Source: Lingula anatina
Lineage: Eukaryota; Animalia; Brachiopoda
Assembly: GCA_051362555.1 (NCBI GenBank)
Contig: JBPQGU010000016.1
Location: 3,348,001-3,412,000 of the forward strand
Length of the DNA: 64,000 bases
Direction of reading: 5' to 3'
A program made the position numbers and the translations under genes. This document shows positions 1 to 12,400 of this stretch, one piece after another (positions within the stretch are counted from its first letter, which is position 1; each line of letters starts with the position of its first letter). The notes below the pieces were generated by a model. It saw only the letters and a program-made list of their open reading frames with translations. It was not told the origin of the DNA and searched no databases.

Positions 1-78
1 TTTTCAACCCTACCTGGCCAAAATTGAAGAAAACTGCCATATCCGGACCTTACGAAAATCACTCAAAATCACCCAAAA

Positions 79-440
79 ATGACCCGTCACCAAATTTTCC
101 AAAAAGTGATGAAAATCAATCTACCACACCTGTCATTCATAAAAAATGTGGAAACGCGCCCGGATCACTTCATTAAAGCCCCCAATTTCAGCTTTAAAGA
201 TGGCCAAAAAGCACACCTGAGAACAGGATTTGGAGAGAGGGGGGGTGGAGAGAGTTTTTGCTCTATTTCTTCCTTAATAATGACACAACCACTCTTCCAG
301 CACTTTATTCTGACTACAAATGACCAAACACACCTACCAGACACTATAATGAAGAAAAAAATTTTTCAACCCTACCTGGCCAAAATTGAAGAAAACTGCC
401 ATATCCGGACCTTACGAAAATCACTCAAAATCACCCAAAA
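79..440 (+). repeat. Representative consensus monomer (362 bp, ~40% GC; start phase arbitrary)
   Basis: Identical by eye to most copies. Hand count is 145 G+C of 362. One BspEI site (TCCGGA 404-409), one DraI site (TTTAAA 193-198) and two MscI sites (TGGCCA 201-206, 377-382) per monomer. Confidence 0.97.
232..254 (+). repeat. Polypurine element GGAGAGAGGGGGGGTGGAGAGAG (direct and mirror repeat), once per monomer; most length-variable site
   Basis: Direct repeat TGGAGAGAG x2 and mirror GAGAGAGG/GGAGAGAG. The G-run is 7 in consensus, with G6, G8, G10, G8AGG and GA gain/loss variants along the array. Confidence 0.9.
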
Positions 441-447
441 ATGACCC
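417..447 (+). repeat. Internal ~10-bp subrepeat (AAAATCACTC)(AAAATCACCC)(AAAAATGACCC), once per monomer
   Basis: Read directly. A-tracts start at 417, 427 and 437. Confidence 0.9.
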
Positions 448-3400
448 GTCACCAAATTTTCCAAAAAGTGATGAAAATCAATCTACCACACCTGTCATTC
501 ATAAAAAATGTGGAAACGCGCCCGGATCACTTCATTAAAGCCCCCAATTTCAGCTTTAAAGATGGCCAAAAAGCACACCTGTGAACAGGATTTGGAGAGA
601 GGGGGGGTGGAGAGAGTTTTTGCTCTATTTCTTCCTTAATAATGACACAACCACTCTTCCAGCACTTTATTCTGACTACAAATGACCAAACACACCTACC
701 AGACACTATAATGAAGAAAAAAATTTTTCAACCCTACCTGGCCAAAATTGAAGAAAACTGCCATATCCGGACCTTACGAAAATCACTCAAAATCACCCAA
801 AAATGACCCGTCACCAAATTTTCCAAAAAGTGATGAAAATCAATCTACCACACCTGTCATTCATAAAAAATGTGGAAACGCGCCCGGATCACTTCATTAA
901 AGCCCCCAATTTCAGCTTTAAAGATGGCCAAAAAGCACACCTGAGAACAGGATTTGGAGAGAGGGGGGGTGGAGAGTTTTTGCTCTATTTCTTCCTTAAT
1001 AATGACACAACCACTCTTCCAGCACTTTATTCTGACTACAAATGACCAAACACACCTACCAGACACTATAATGAAGAAAAAAATTTTTCAACCCTACCTG
1101 GCCAAAATTGAAGAAAACTGCCATATCCGGACCTTACGAAAATCACTCAAAATCACCCAAAAATGACCCGTCACCAAATTTTCCAAAAAGTGATGAAAAT
1201 CAATCTACCACACCTGTCATTCATAAAAAATGTGGAAACGCGCCCGGATCACTTCATTAAAGCCCCCAATTTCAGCTTTAAAGATGGCCAAAAAGCACAC
1301 CTGAGAACAGGATTTGGAGAGAGGGGGGGTGGAGAGAGTTTTTGCTCTATTTCTTCCTTAATAATGACACAACCACTCTTCCAGCACTTTATTCTGACTA
1401 CAAATGACCAAACACACCTACCAGACACTATAATGAAGAAAAAAATTTTTCAACCCTACCTGGCCAAAATTGAAGAAAACTGCCATATCCGGACCTTACG
1501 AAAATCACTCGAAATCACCCAAAAATGACCCGTCACCAAATTTTCCAAAAAGTGATGAAAATCAATCTACCACACCTGTCATTCATAAAAAATGTGGAAA
1601 CGCGCCCGGATCACTTCATTAAAGCCCCCAATTTCAGCTTTAAAGATGGCCAAAAAGAACACCTGTGAACAGGATTTGGAGAGAGGGGGGGTGGAGAGAG
1701 TTTTTGCTCTATTTCTTCCTTAATAATGACACAACCACTCTTCCAGCACTTTATTCTGACTACAAATGACCAAACACACCTACCAGACACTATAATGAAG
1801 AAAAAAATTTTTCAACCCTACCTGGCCAAAATTGAAGAAAACTGCCATATCCGGACCTTACGAAAATCACTCAAAATCACCCAAAAATGACCCGTCACCA
1901 AATTTTCCAAAAAGTGATGAAAATCAATCTACCACACCTGTCATTCATAAAAAATGTGGAAACGCGCCCGGATCACTTCATTAAAGCCCCCAATTTCAGC
2001 TTTAAAGATGGCCAAAAAGCACACCTGAGAACAGGATTTGGAGAGAGGGGGGGTGGAGAGAGTTTTTGCTCTATTTCTTCCTTAATAATGACACAACCAC
2101 TCTTCCAGCACTTTATTCTGACTACAAATGACCAAACACACCTACCAGACACTATAATGAAGAAAAAAATTTTTCAACCCTACCTGGCCAAAATTGAAGA
2201 AAACTGCCATATCCGGACCTTACGAAAATCACTCAAAATCACCCAAAAATGACCCGTCACCAAATTTTCCAAAAAGTGATGAAAATCAATCTACCACACC
2301 TGTCATTCATAAAAAATGTGGAAACGCGCCCGGATCACTTCATTAAAGCCCCCAATTTCAGCTTTAAAGATGGCCAAAAAGCACACCTGAGAACAGGATT
2401 TGGAGAGAGGGGGGGTGGAGAGAGTTTTTGCTCTATTTCTTCCTTAATAATGACACAACCACTCTTCCAGCACTTTATTCTGACTACAAATGACCAAACA
2501 CACCTACCAGACACTATAATGAAGAAAAAAATTTTTCAACCCTACCTGGCCAAAATTGAAGAAAACTGCCATATCCGGACCTTACGAAAATCACTCAAAA
2601 TCACCCAAAAATGACCCGTCACCAAATTATCCAAAAAGTGATGAAAATCAATCTACCACACCTGTCATTCATAAAGAATGTGGAAACGCGCCTGGATCAC
2701 TTCATTAAAGCCCCCAATTTCAGCTTTAAAGATGGCCAAAAAGCACACCTGAGAACAGGATTTGGAGAGAGGGGGGGTGGAGAGAGTTTTTGCTCTATTT
2801 CTTCCTTAATAATGACACAACCACTCTTCCAGCACTTTATTCTGACTACAAATGACCAAACACACCTACCAGACACTATAATGAAGAAAAAAATTTTTCA
2901 ACCCTACCTGGCCAAAATTGAAGAAAACTGCCATATCCGGACCTTACGAAAATCACTCAAAATCACCCAAAAATGACCCGTCACCAAATTTTCCAAAAAG
3001 TGATGAAAATCAATCTACCACACCTGTCATTCATAAAAAATGTGGAAACACGCCCGGATCACTTCATTAAAGCCTCAATTTCAGCTTTAAAGATGGTCAA
3101 AAAGCACACCTGAGAACAGGATTTGGAGAGAGGGGGGGGTGGAGAGAGTTTTTGCTCTATTTCTTCCTTAATAATGACACAACCACTCTTCCAGCACTTT
3201 ATTCTGACTACAAATGACCAAACACACCTACCAGACACTATAATGAAGAAAAAAATTTTTCAACCCTACCTGGCCAAAATTGAAGAAAACTGCCATATCC
3301 GGACCTTACGAAAATCACTCAAAATCACCCAAAAATGACCCGTCACCAAATTTTCCAAAAAGTGATGAAAATCAATCTACCACACCTGTCATTCATAAAA

Positions 3401-6400
3401 AATGTGGAAACGCGCCCGGATCACTTCATTAAAGCCCCCAATTTCAGCTTTAAAGATGGCCAAAAAGCACACCTGAGAACAGGATTTGGAGAGAGGGGGG
3501 GTGGAGAGAGTTTTTGCTCTATTTCTTCCTTAATAATGACACAACCACTCTTCCAGCACTTTATTCTGACTACAAATGACCAAACACACCTACCAGACAC
3601 TATAATGAAGAAAAAAATTTTTCAACCCTACCTGGCCAAAATTGAAGAAAACTGCCATATCCGGACCTTACGAAAATCACTCAAAATCACCCAAAAATGA
3701 CCCGTCACCAAATTTTCCAAAAAGTGATGAAAATCAATCTACCACACCTGTCATTCATAAAAAATGTGGAAACGCGCCCGGATCACTTCATTAAAGCCCC
3801 CAATTTCAGCTTTAAAGATGGCCAAAAAGCACACCTGAGAACAGGATTTGGAGAGAGGGGGGGTGGAGAGAGTTTTTGCTCTATTTCTTCCTTAATAATG
3901 ACACAACCACTCTTCCAGCACTTTATTCTGACTACAAATGACCAAACACACCTACCAGACACTATAATGAAGAAAAAAATTTTTCAACCCTACCTGGCCA
4001 AAATTGAAGAAAACTGCCATATCCGGACCTTACGAAAATCACTCAAAATCACCCAAAAATGACCCGTCACCAAATTTTCCAAAAAGTGATGAAAATCAAT
4101 CTACCACACCTGTCATTCATAAAAAATGTGGAAACGCGCCCGGATCACTTCATTAAAGCCCCCAATTTCAGCTTTAAAGATGGCCAAAAAGCACACCTGA
4201 GAACAGGATTTGGAGAGAGGGGGGGTGGAGAGAGTTTTTGCTCTATTTCTTCCTTAATAATGACACAACCACTCTTCCAGCACTTTATTCTGACTACAAA
4301 TGACCAAACACACCTACCAGACACTATAATGAAGAAAAAATTTTTTCAACCCTACCTGGCCAAAATTGAAGAAAACTGCCATATCCGGACCTTACGAAAA
4401 TCACTCAAAATCACCCAAAAATGACCCGTCACCAAATTTTCCAAAAAGTGATGAAAATCAATCTACCACACCTGTCATTCATAAAAAATGTGGAAACGCG
4501 CCCGGATCACTTCATTAAAGCCCCCAATTTCAGCTTTAAAGATGGCCAAAAAGCACACCTGAGAACAGGATTTGGAGAGAGGGGGGGTGGAGAGAGTTTT
4601 TGCTCTATTTCTTCCTTAATAATGACACAACCACTCTTCCAGCACTTTATTCTGACTACAAATGACCAAACACACCTACCAGACACTATAATGAAGAAAA
4701 AAATTTTTCAACCCTACCTGGCCAAAATTGAAGAAAACTGCCATATCCGGACCTTACGAAAATCACTCAAAATCACCCAAAAATGACCCGTCACCAAATT
4801 TTCCAAAAAGTGATGAAAATCAATCTACCACACCTGTCATTCATAAAAAATGTGGAAACGCGCCCGGATCACTTCATTAAAGCCCCCAATTTCTGCTTTA
4901 AAGATGGCCAAAAAGCACACCTGAGAACAGGATTTGGAGAGAGGGGGGGTGGAGAGAGTTTTTGCTCTATTTCTTCCTTAATAATGACACAACCACTCTT
5001 CCAGCACTTTATTCTGACTACAAATGACCAAACACACCTACCAGACACTATAATGAAGAAAAAAATTTTTCAACCCTACCTGGCCAAAATTGAAGAAAAC
5101 TGCCATATCCGGACCTTACGAAAATCACTCAAAATCACCCAAAAATGACCCGTCACCAAATTTTCCAAAAAGTGATGAAAATCAATCTACCACACCTGTC
5201 ATTCATAAAAAATGTGGAAACGCGCCCGGATCACTTCATTAAAGCCCCCAATTTCAGCTTTAAAGATGGCCAAAAAGCACACCTGAGAACAGGATTTGGA
5301 GAGAGGGGGGGTGGAGAGAGTTTTTGCTCTATTTCTTCCTTAATAATGACACAACCACTCTTCCAGCACTTTATTCTGACTACAAATGACCAAACACACC
5401 TACCAGACACTATAATGAAGAAAAAAATTTTTCAACCCTACCTGGCCAAAATTGAAGAAAACTGCCATATCCGGACCTTACGAAAATCACTCAAAATCAC
5501 CCAAAAAATGACCCGTCACCAAATTTTCCAAAAAGTGATGAAAATCAATCTACCACACCTGTCATTCATAAAAAATGTGGAAACGCGCCCGGATCACTTC
5601 ATTAAAGCCCCCAATTTCAGCTTTAAAGATGGCCAAAAAGCACACCTGAGAACAGGATTTGGAGAGAGGGGGGGGAGGTGGAGAGAGTTTTTGCTCTATT
5701 TCTTCCTTAATAATGACACAACCACTCTTCCAGCACTTTATTCTGACTACAAATGACCAAACACACCTACCAGACACTATAATGAAGAAAAAAATTTTTC
5801 AACCCTACCTGGCCAAAATTGAAGAAAACTGCCATATCCGGACCTTACGAAAATCACTCAAAATCACCCAAAAATGACCCGTCACCAAATTTTCCAAAAA
5901 GTGATGAAAATCAATCTACCACACCTGTCATTCATAAAAAATGTGGAAACGCGCCCGGATCACTTCATTAAAGCCCCCAATTTCAGCTTTAAAGATGGCC
6001 AAAAAGCACACCTGAGAACAGGATTTGGAGAGAGGGGGGGTGGAGAGAGTTTTTGCTCTATTTCTTCCTTAATAATGACACAACCACTCTTCCAGCACTT
6101 TATTCTGACTACAAATGACCAAACACACCTACCAGACACTATAATGAAGAAAAAAATTTTTCAACCCTACCTGGCCAAAATTGAAGAAAACTGCCATATC
6201 CGGACCTTACGAAAATCACTCAAAATCACCCAAAAATGACCCGTCACCAAATTTTCCAAAAAGTGATGAAAATCAATCTACCACACCTGTCATTCATAAA
6301 AAATGTGGAAACGCGCCCGGATCACTTCATTAAAGCCCCCAATTTCAGCTTTAAAGATGGCCAAAAAGCACACCTGAGAACAGGATTTGGAGAGAGGGGG

Positions 6401-9400
6401 GGTGGAGAGAGTTTTTGCTCTATTTCTTCCTTAATAATGACACAACCACTCTTCCAGCACTTTATTCTGACTACAAATGACCAAACACACCTACCAGACA
6501 CTATAATGAAGAAAAAAATTTTTCAACCCTACCTGGCCAAAATTGAAGAAAACTGCCATATCCGGACCTTACGAAAATCACTCAAAATCACCCAAAAAAT
6601 GACCCGTCACCAAATTATCCAAAAAGTGATGAAAATCAATCTACCACACCTGTCATTCATAAAAAATGTGGAAACGCGCCCGGATCACTTCATTAAAGCC
6701 CCCAATTTCAGCTTTAAAGATGGCCAAAAAGCACACCTGAGAACAGGATTTGGAGAGAGGGGGGGTGGAGAGAGTTTTTGCTCTATTTCTTCCTTAATAA
6801 TGACACAACCACTCTTCCAGCACTTTATTCTGACTACAAATGACCAAACACACCTACCAGACACTATAATGAAGAAAAAAATTTTTCAACCCTACCTGGC
6901 CAAAATTGAAGAAAACTGCCATATCCGGACCTTACGAAAATCACTCAAAATCACCCAAAAATGACCCGTCACCAAATTTTCCAAAAAGTGATGAAAATCA
7001 ATCTACCACACCTGTCATTCATAAAAAATGTGGAAACGCGCCCGGATCACTTCATTAAAGCCCCCAATTTCAGCTTTAAAGATGGCCAAAAAGCACACCT
7101 GAGAACAGGATTTGGAGAGAGGGGGGGGAGGTGGAGAGAGTTTTTGCTCTATTTCTTCCTTAATAATGACACAACCACTCTTCCAGCACTTTATTCTGAC
7201 TACAAATGACCAAACACACCTACCAGACACTATAATGAAGAAAAAAATTTTTCAACCCTACCTGGCCAAAATTGAAGAAAACTGCCATATCCGGACCTTA
7301 CGAAAATCACTCAAAATCACCCAAAAATGACCCGTCACCAAATTTTCCAAAAAGTGATGAAAATCAATCTACCACACCTGTCATTCATAAAAAATGTGGA
7401 AACGCGCCCGGATCACTTCATTAAAGCCCCCAATTTCAGCTTTAAAGATGGCCAAAAAGCACACCTGAGAACAGGATTTGGAGAGAGGGGGGGTGGAGAG
7501 AGTTTTTGCTCTATTTCTTCCTTAATAATGACACAACCACTCTTCCAGCACTTTATTCTGACTACAAATGACCAAACACACCTACCAGACACTATAATGA
7601 AGAAAAAAATTTTTCAACCCTACCTGGCCAAAATTGAAGAAAACTGCCATATCCGGACCTTACGAAAATCACTCAAAATCACCCAAAAATGACCCGTCAC
7701 CAAATTTTCCAAAAAGTGATGAAAATCAATCTACCACACCTGTCATTCATAAAAAATGTGGAAACGCGCCCGGATCACATCATTAAAGCCCCCAATTTCA
7801 GCTTTAAAGATGGCCAAAAAGCACACCTGAGAACAGGATTTGGAGAGAGGGGGGGTGGAGAGAGTTTTTGCTCTATTTCTTCCTTAATAATGACACAACC
7901 ACTCTTCCAGCACTTTATTCTGACTACAAATGACCAAACACACCTACCAGACACTATAATGAAGAAAAAAATTTTTCAACCCTACCTGGCCAAAATTGAA
8001 GAAAACTGCCATATCCGGACCTTACGAAAATCACTCAAAATCACCCAAAAATGACCCGTCACCAAATTTTCCAAAAAGTGATGAAAATCAATCTACCACA
8101 CCTGTCATTCATAAAAAATGTGGAAACGCGCCCGGATCACTTCATTAAAGCCCCCAATTTCAGCTTTAAAGATGGTCAAAAAGCACACCTGAGAACAGGA
8201 TTTGGAGAGAGGGGGGGTGGAGAGAGTTTTTGCTCTATTTCTTCCTTAATAATGACACAACCACTCTTCCAGCACTTTATTCTGACTACAAATGACCAAA
8301 CACACCTACCAGACACTATAATGAAGAAAAAAATTTTTCAACCCTACCTGGCCAAAATTGAAGAAAACTGCCATATCCGGACCTTACGAAAATCACTCAA
8401 AATCACCCAAAAATGACCCGTCACCAAATTTTCCAAAAAGTGATGAAAATCAATCTACCACACCTGTCATTCATAAAAAATGTGGAAACGCGCCCGGATC
8501 ACTTCATTAAAGCCCCCAATTTCAGCTTTAAATATGGCCAAAAAGCACACCTGAGAACAGGATTTGGAGAGAGGGGGGGTGGAGAGAGTTTTTGCTCTAT
8601 TTCTTCCTTAATAATGACACAACCACTCTTCCAGCACTTTATTCTGACTACAAATGACCAAACACACCTACCAGACACTATAATGAAGAAAAAAATTTTT
8701 CAACCCTACCTGGCCAAAATTGAAGAAAACTGCCATATCCGGACCTTACGAAAATCACTCAAAATCACCCAAAAATGACCCGTCACCAAATTTTCCAAAA
8801 AGTGATGAAAATCAATCTACCACACCTGTCATTCATAAAAAATGTGGAAACGCGCCCGGATCACTTCATTAAAGCCCCCAATTTCAGCTTTAAAGATGGC
8901 CAAAAAGCACACCTGAGAACAGTATTTGGAGAGAGGGGGGGTGGAGAGAGTTTTTGCTCTATTTCTTCCTTAATAATGACACAACCACTCTTCCAGCACT
9001 TTATTCTGACTACAAATGACCAAACACACCTACCAGACACTATAATGAAGAAAAAAATTTTTCAACCCTACCTGGCCAAAATTGAAGAAAACTGCCATAT
9101 CCGGACCTTACGAAAATCACTCAAAATCACCCAAAAATGACCCGTCACCAAATTTTCCAAAAAGTGATGAAAATCAATCTACCACACCTGTCATTCATAA
9201 AGATGTGGAAACGCGCCCGGATCACTTCATTAAAGCCCCCAATTTCAGCTTTAAAGATGGCCAAAAAGCACACCTGAGAACAGGATTTGGAGAGAGGGGG
9301 GGTGGAGAGAGTTTTTGCTCTATTTCTTCCTTAATAATGACACAACCACTCTTCCAGCACTTTATTCTGACTACAAATGACCAAACACACCTACCAGACA

Positions 9401-12400
9401 CTATAATGAAGAAAAAAATTTTTCAACCCTACCTGGCCAAAATTGAAGAAAACTGCCATATCCGGACCTTACGAAAATCACTCAAAATCACCCAAAAATG
9501 ACCCGTCACCAAATTTTCCAAAAAGTGATGAAAATCAATCTACCACACCTGTCATTCATAAAAAATGTGGAAACGCGCCCGGATCACTTCATTAAAGCCC
9601 CCAATTTCAGCTTTAAAGATGGCCAAAAAGCACACCTGAGAACAGGATTTGGAGAGAGGGGGGGTGGAGAGAGTTTTTGCTCTATTTCTTCCTTAATAAT
9701 GACACAACCACTCTTCCAGCACTTTATTCTGACTACAAATGACCAAACACACCTACCAGACACTATAATGAAGAAAAAAATTTTTCAACCCTACCTGGCC
9801 AAAATTGAAGAAAAACTGCCATATCCGGACCTTACGAAAATCACTCAAAATCACCCAAAAATGACCCGTCACCAAATTTTCCAAAAAGTGATGAAAATCA
9901 ATCTACCACACCTGTCATTCATAAAAAATGTGGAAACGCGCCCGGATCACTTCATTAAAGCCCCCAATTTCAGCTTTAAAGATGGCCAAAAAGCACACCT
10001 GAGAACAGGATTTGGAGAGAGGGGGGGTGGAGAGAGTTTTTGCTCTATTTCTTCCTTAATAATGACACAACCACTCTTCCAGCACTTTATTCTGACTACA
10101 AATGACCAAACACACCTACCAGACACTATAATGAAGAAAAAAATTTTTCAACCCTACCTGGCCAAAATTGAAGAAAACTGCCATATCCGGACCTTACGTA
10201 AATCACTCAAAATCACCCAAAAATGACCCGTCACCAAATTTTCCAAAAAGTGATGAAAATCAATCTACCACACCTGTCATTCATAAAAAATGTGGAAACG
10301 CGCCCGGATCACTTCATTAAAGCCCCCAATTTCAGCTTTAAAGATGGCCAAAAAGCACACCTGAGAACAGTATTTGGAGAGAGGGGGGGTGGAGAGAGTT
10401 TTTGCTCTATTTCATCCTTAATAATGACACAACCACTCTTCCAGCACTTTATTCTGACTTCAAATGACCAAACACACCTACCAGACACTATAATGAAGAA
10501 AAAAATTTTTCAACCCTACCTGGCCAAAATTGAAGAAAACTGCCATATCCGGACCTTACGAAAATCACTCAAAATCACCCAAAAATGACCCGTCACCAAA
10601 TTTTCCAAAAAGTGATGAAAATCAATCTACCACACCTGTCATTCATAAAAAATGTGGAAACGCGCCCGGATCACTTCATTAAAGCCCCCAATTTCAGCTT
10701 TAAAGATGGCCAAAAAGCACACCTGAGAACAGGATTTGGAGAGAGGGGGGGTGGAGAGAGTTTTTGCTCTATTTCTTCCTTAATAATGACACAACCACTC
10801 TTCCAGCACTTTATTCTGACTACAAATGACCAAACACACCTACCAGACACTATAATGAAGAAAAAAATTTTTCAACCCTACCTGGCCAAAATTGAAGAAA
10901 ACTGCCATATCCGGACCTTACGAAAATCACTCAAAATCACCCAAAAATGACCCGTCACCAAATTTTCCAAAAAGTGATGAAAATCAATCTACCACACCTG
11001 TCATTCATAAAAAATGTGGAAACGCGCCCGGATCACTTCATTAAAGTCCCCAATTTCAGCTTTAAAGATGGCCAAAAAGCACACCTGAGAACAGGATTTG
11101 GAGAGAGGGGGGGTGGAGAGAGTTTTTGCTCTATTTCTTCCTTAATAATGACACAACCACTCTTCCAGCACTTTATTCTGACTACAAATGACCAAACACA
11201 CCTACCAGACACTATAATGAAGAAAAAAATTTTTCAACCCTACCTGGCCAAAATTGAAGAAAACTGCCATATCCGGACCTTACGAAAATCACTCAAAATC
11301 ACCCAAAAATGACCCGTCACCAAATTTTCCAAAAAGTGATGAAAATCAATCTACCACACCTGTCATTCATAAAAAATGTGGAAACGCGCCCGGATCACTT
11401 CATTAAAGCCCCCAATTTCAGCTTTAAAGATGGCCAAAAAGCACACCTGAGAACAGGATTTGGAGAGAGGGGGGGTGGAGAGAGTTTTTGCTCTATTTCT
11501 TCCTTAATAATGACACAACCACTCTTCCAGCACTTTATTCTGACTACAAATGACCAAACACACCTACCAGACACTATAATGAAGAAAAAAATTTTTCAAC
11601 CCTACCTGGCCAAAATTGAAGAAAACTGCCATATCCGGACCTTACGAAAATCACTCAAAATCACCCAAAAATGACCCGTCACCAAATTTTCAAAAAAGTG
11701 ATGAAAATCAATCTACCACACCTGTCATTCATAAAAAATGTGGAAACGCGCCTGGATCACTTCATTAAAGCCCCCAATTTCAGCTTTAAAGATGGCCAAA
11801 AAGCACACCTGAGAACAGGATTTGGAGAGAGGGGGGGTGGAGAGAGTTTTTGCTCTATTTCTTCCTTAATAATGACACAACCACTCTTCCAGCACTTTAT
11901 TCTGACTACAAATGACCAAACACACCTACCAGACACTATAATGAAGAAAAAAATTTTTCAACCCTACCTGGCCAAAATTGAAGAAAACTGCCATATCCGG
12001 ACCTTACGAAAATCACTCAAAATCACCCAAAAATGACCCGTCACCAAATTTTCCAAAAAGTGATGAAAATCAATCTACCACACCTGTCATTCATAAAAAA
12101 TGTGGAAACACGCCCGGATCACTTCATTAAAGCCTCAATTTCAGCTTTAAAGATGGTCAAAAAGCACACCTGAGAACAGGATTTGGAGAGAAGGGGGGTG
12201 GAGAGAGTTTTTGCTCTATTTCTTCCTTAATAATGACACAACCACTCTTCCAGCACTTTATTCTGACTACAAATGACCAAACACACCTACCAGACACTAT
12301 AATGAAGAAAAAAATTTTTCAACCCTACCTGGCCAAAATTGAAGAAAACTGCCATATCCGGACCTTACGAAAATCACTCAAAATCACCCAAAAATGACCC

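Noticed and set aside
143-159. Plus-strand TGGAAACG similarity to the CENP-B box (CTTCGTTGGAAACGGGA)
   Set aside because: The match covers mostly non-essential central bases and lacks the required TTCG.
251-264. Hairpin or terminator AGAG-TTTTTG-CTCT, and TATAAT at 345-350 as a promoter element
   Set aside because: The stem is only 4 bp, and an isolated hexamer in AT-rich repeat DNA has no supporting context.
366-376. Telomere-like AACCCTA motif
   Set aside because: Single 7-bp occurrence per monomer, not tandem; expected by chance.
79-440. Tandem RNA-gene cluster (5S rDNA, tRNA, snRNA, spliced leader)
   Set aside because: I could not recognise 5S, cloverleaf, A/B-box or snRNA signatures on either strand. 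An Infernal/Rfam scan would be the decisive test.
79-440. Monomer as a 2 x 181-bp dimer
   Set aside because: Only TGGCCAAAA (201, 377; offset 176) and a nearby TTTCA support it. The halves otherwise do not align by eye.
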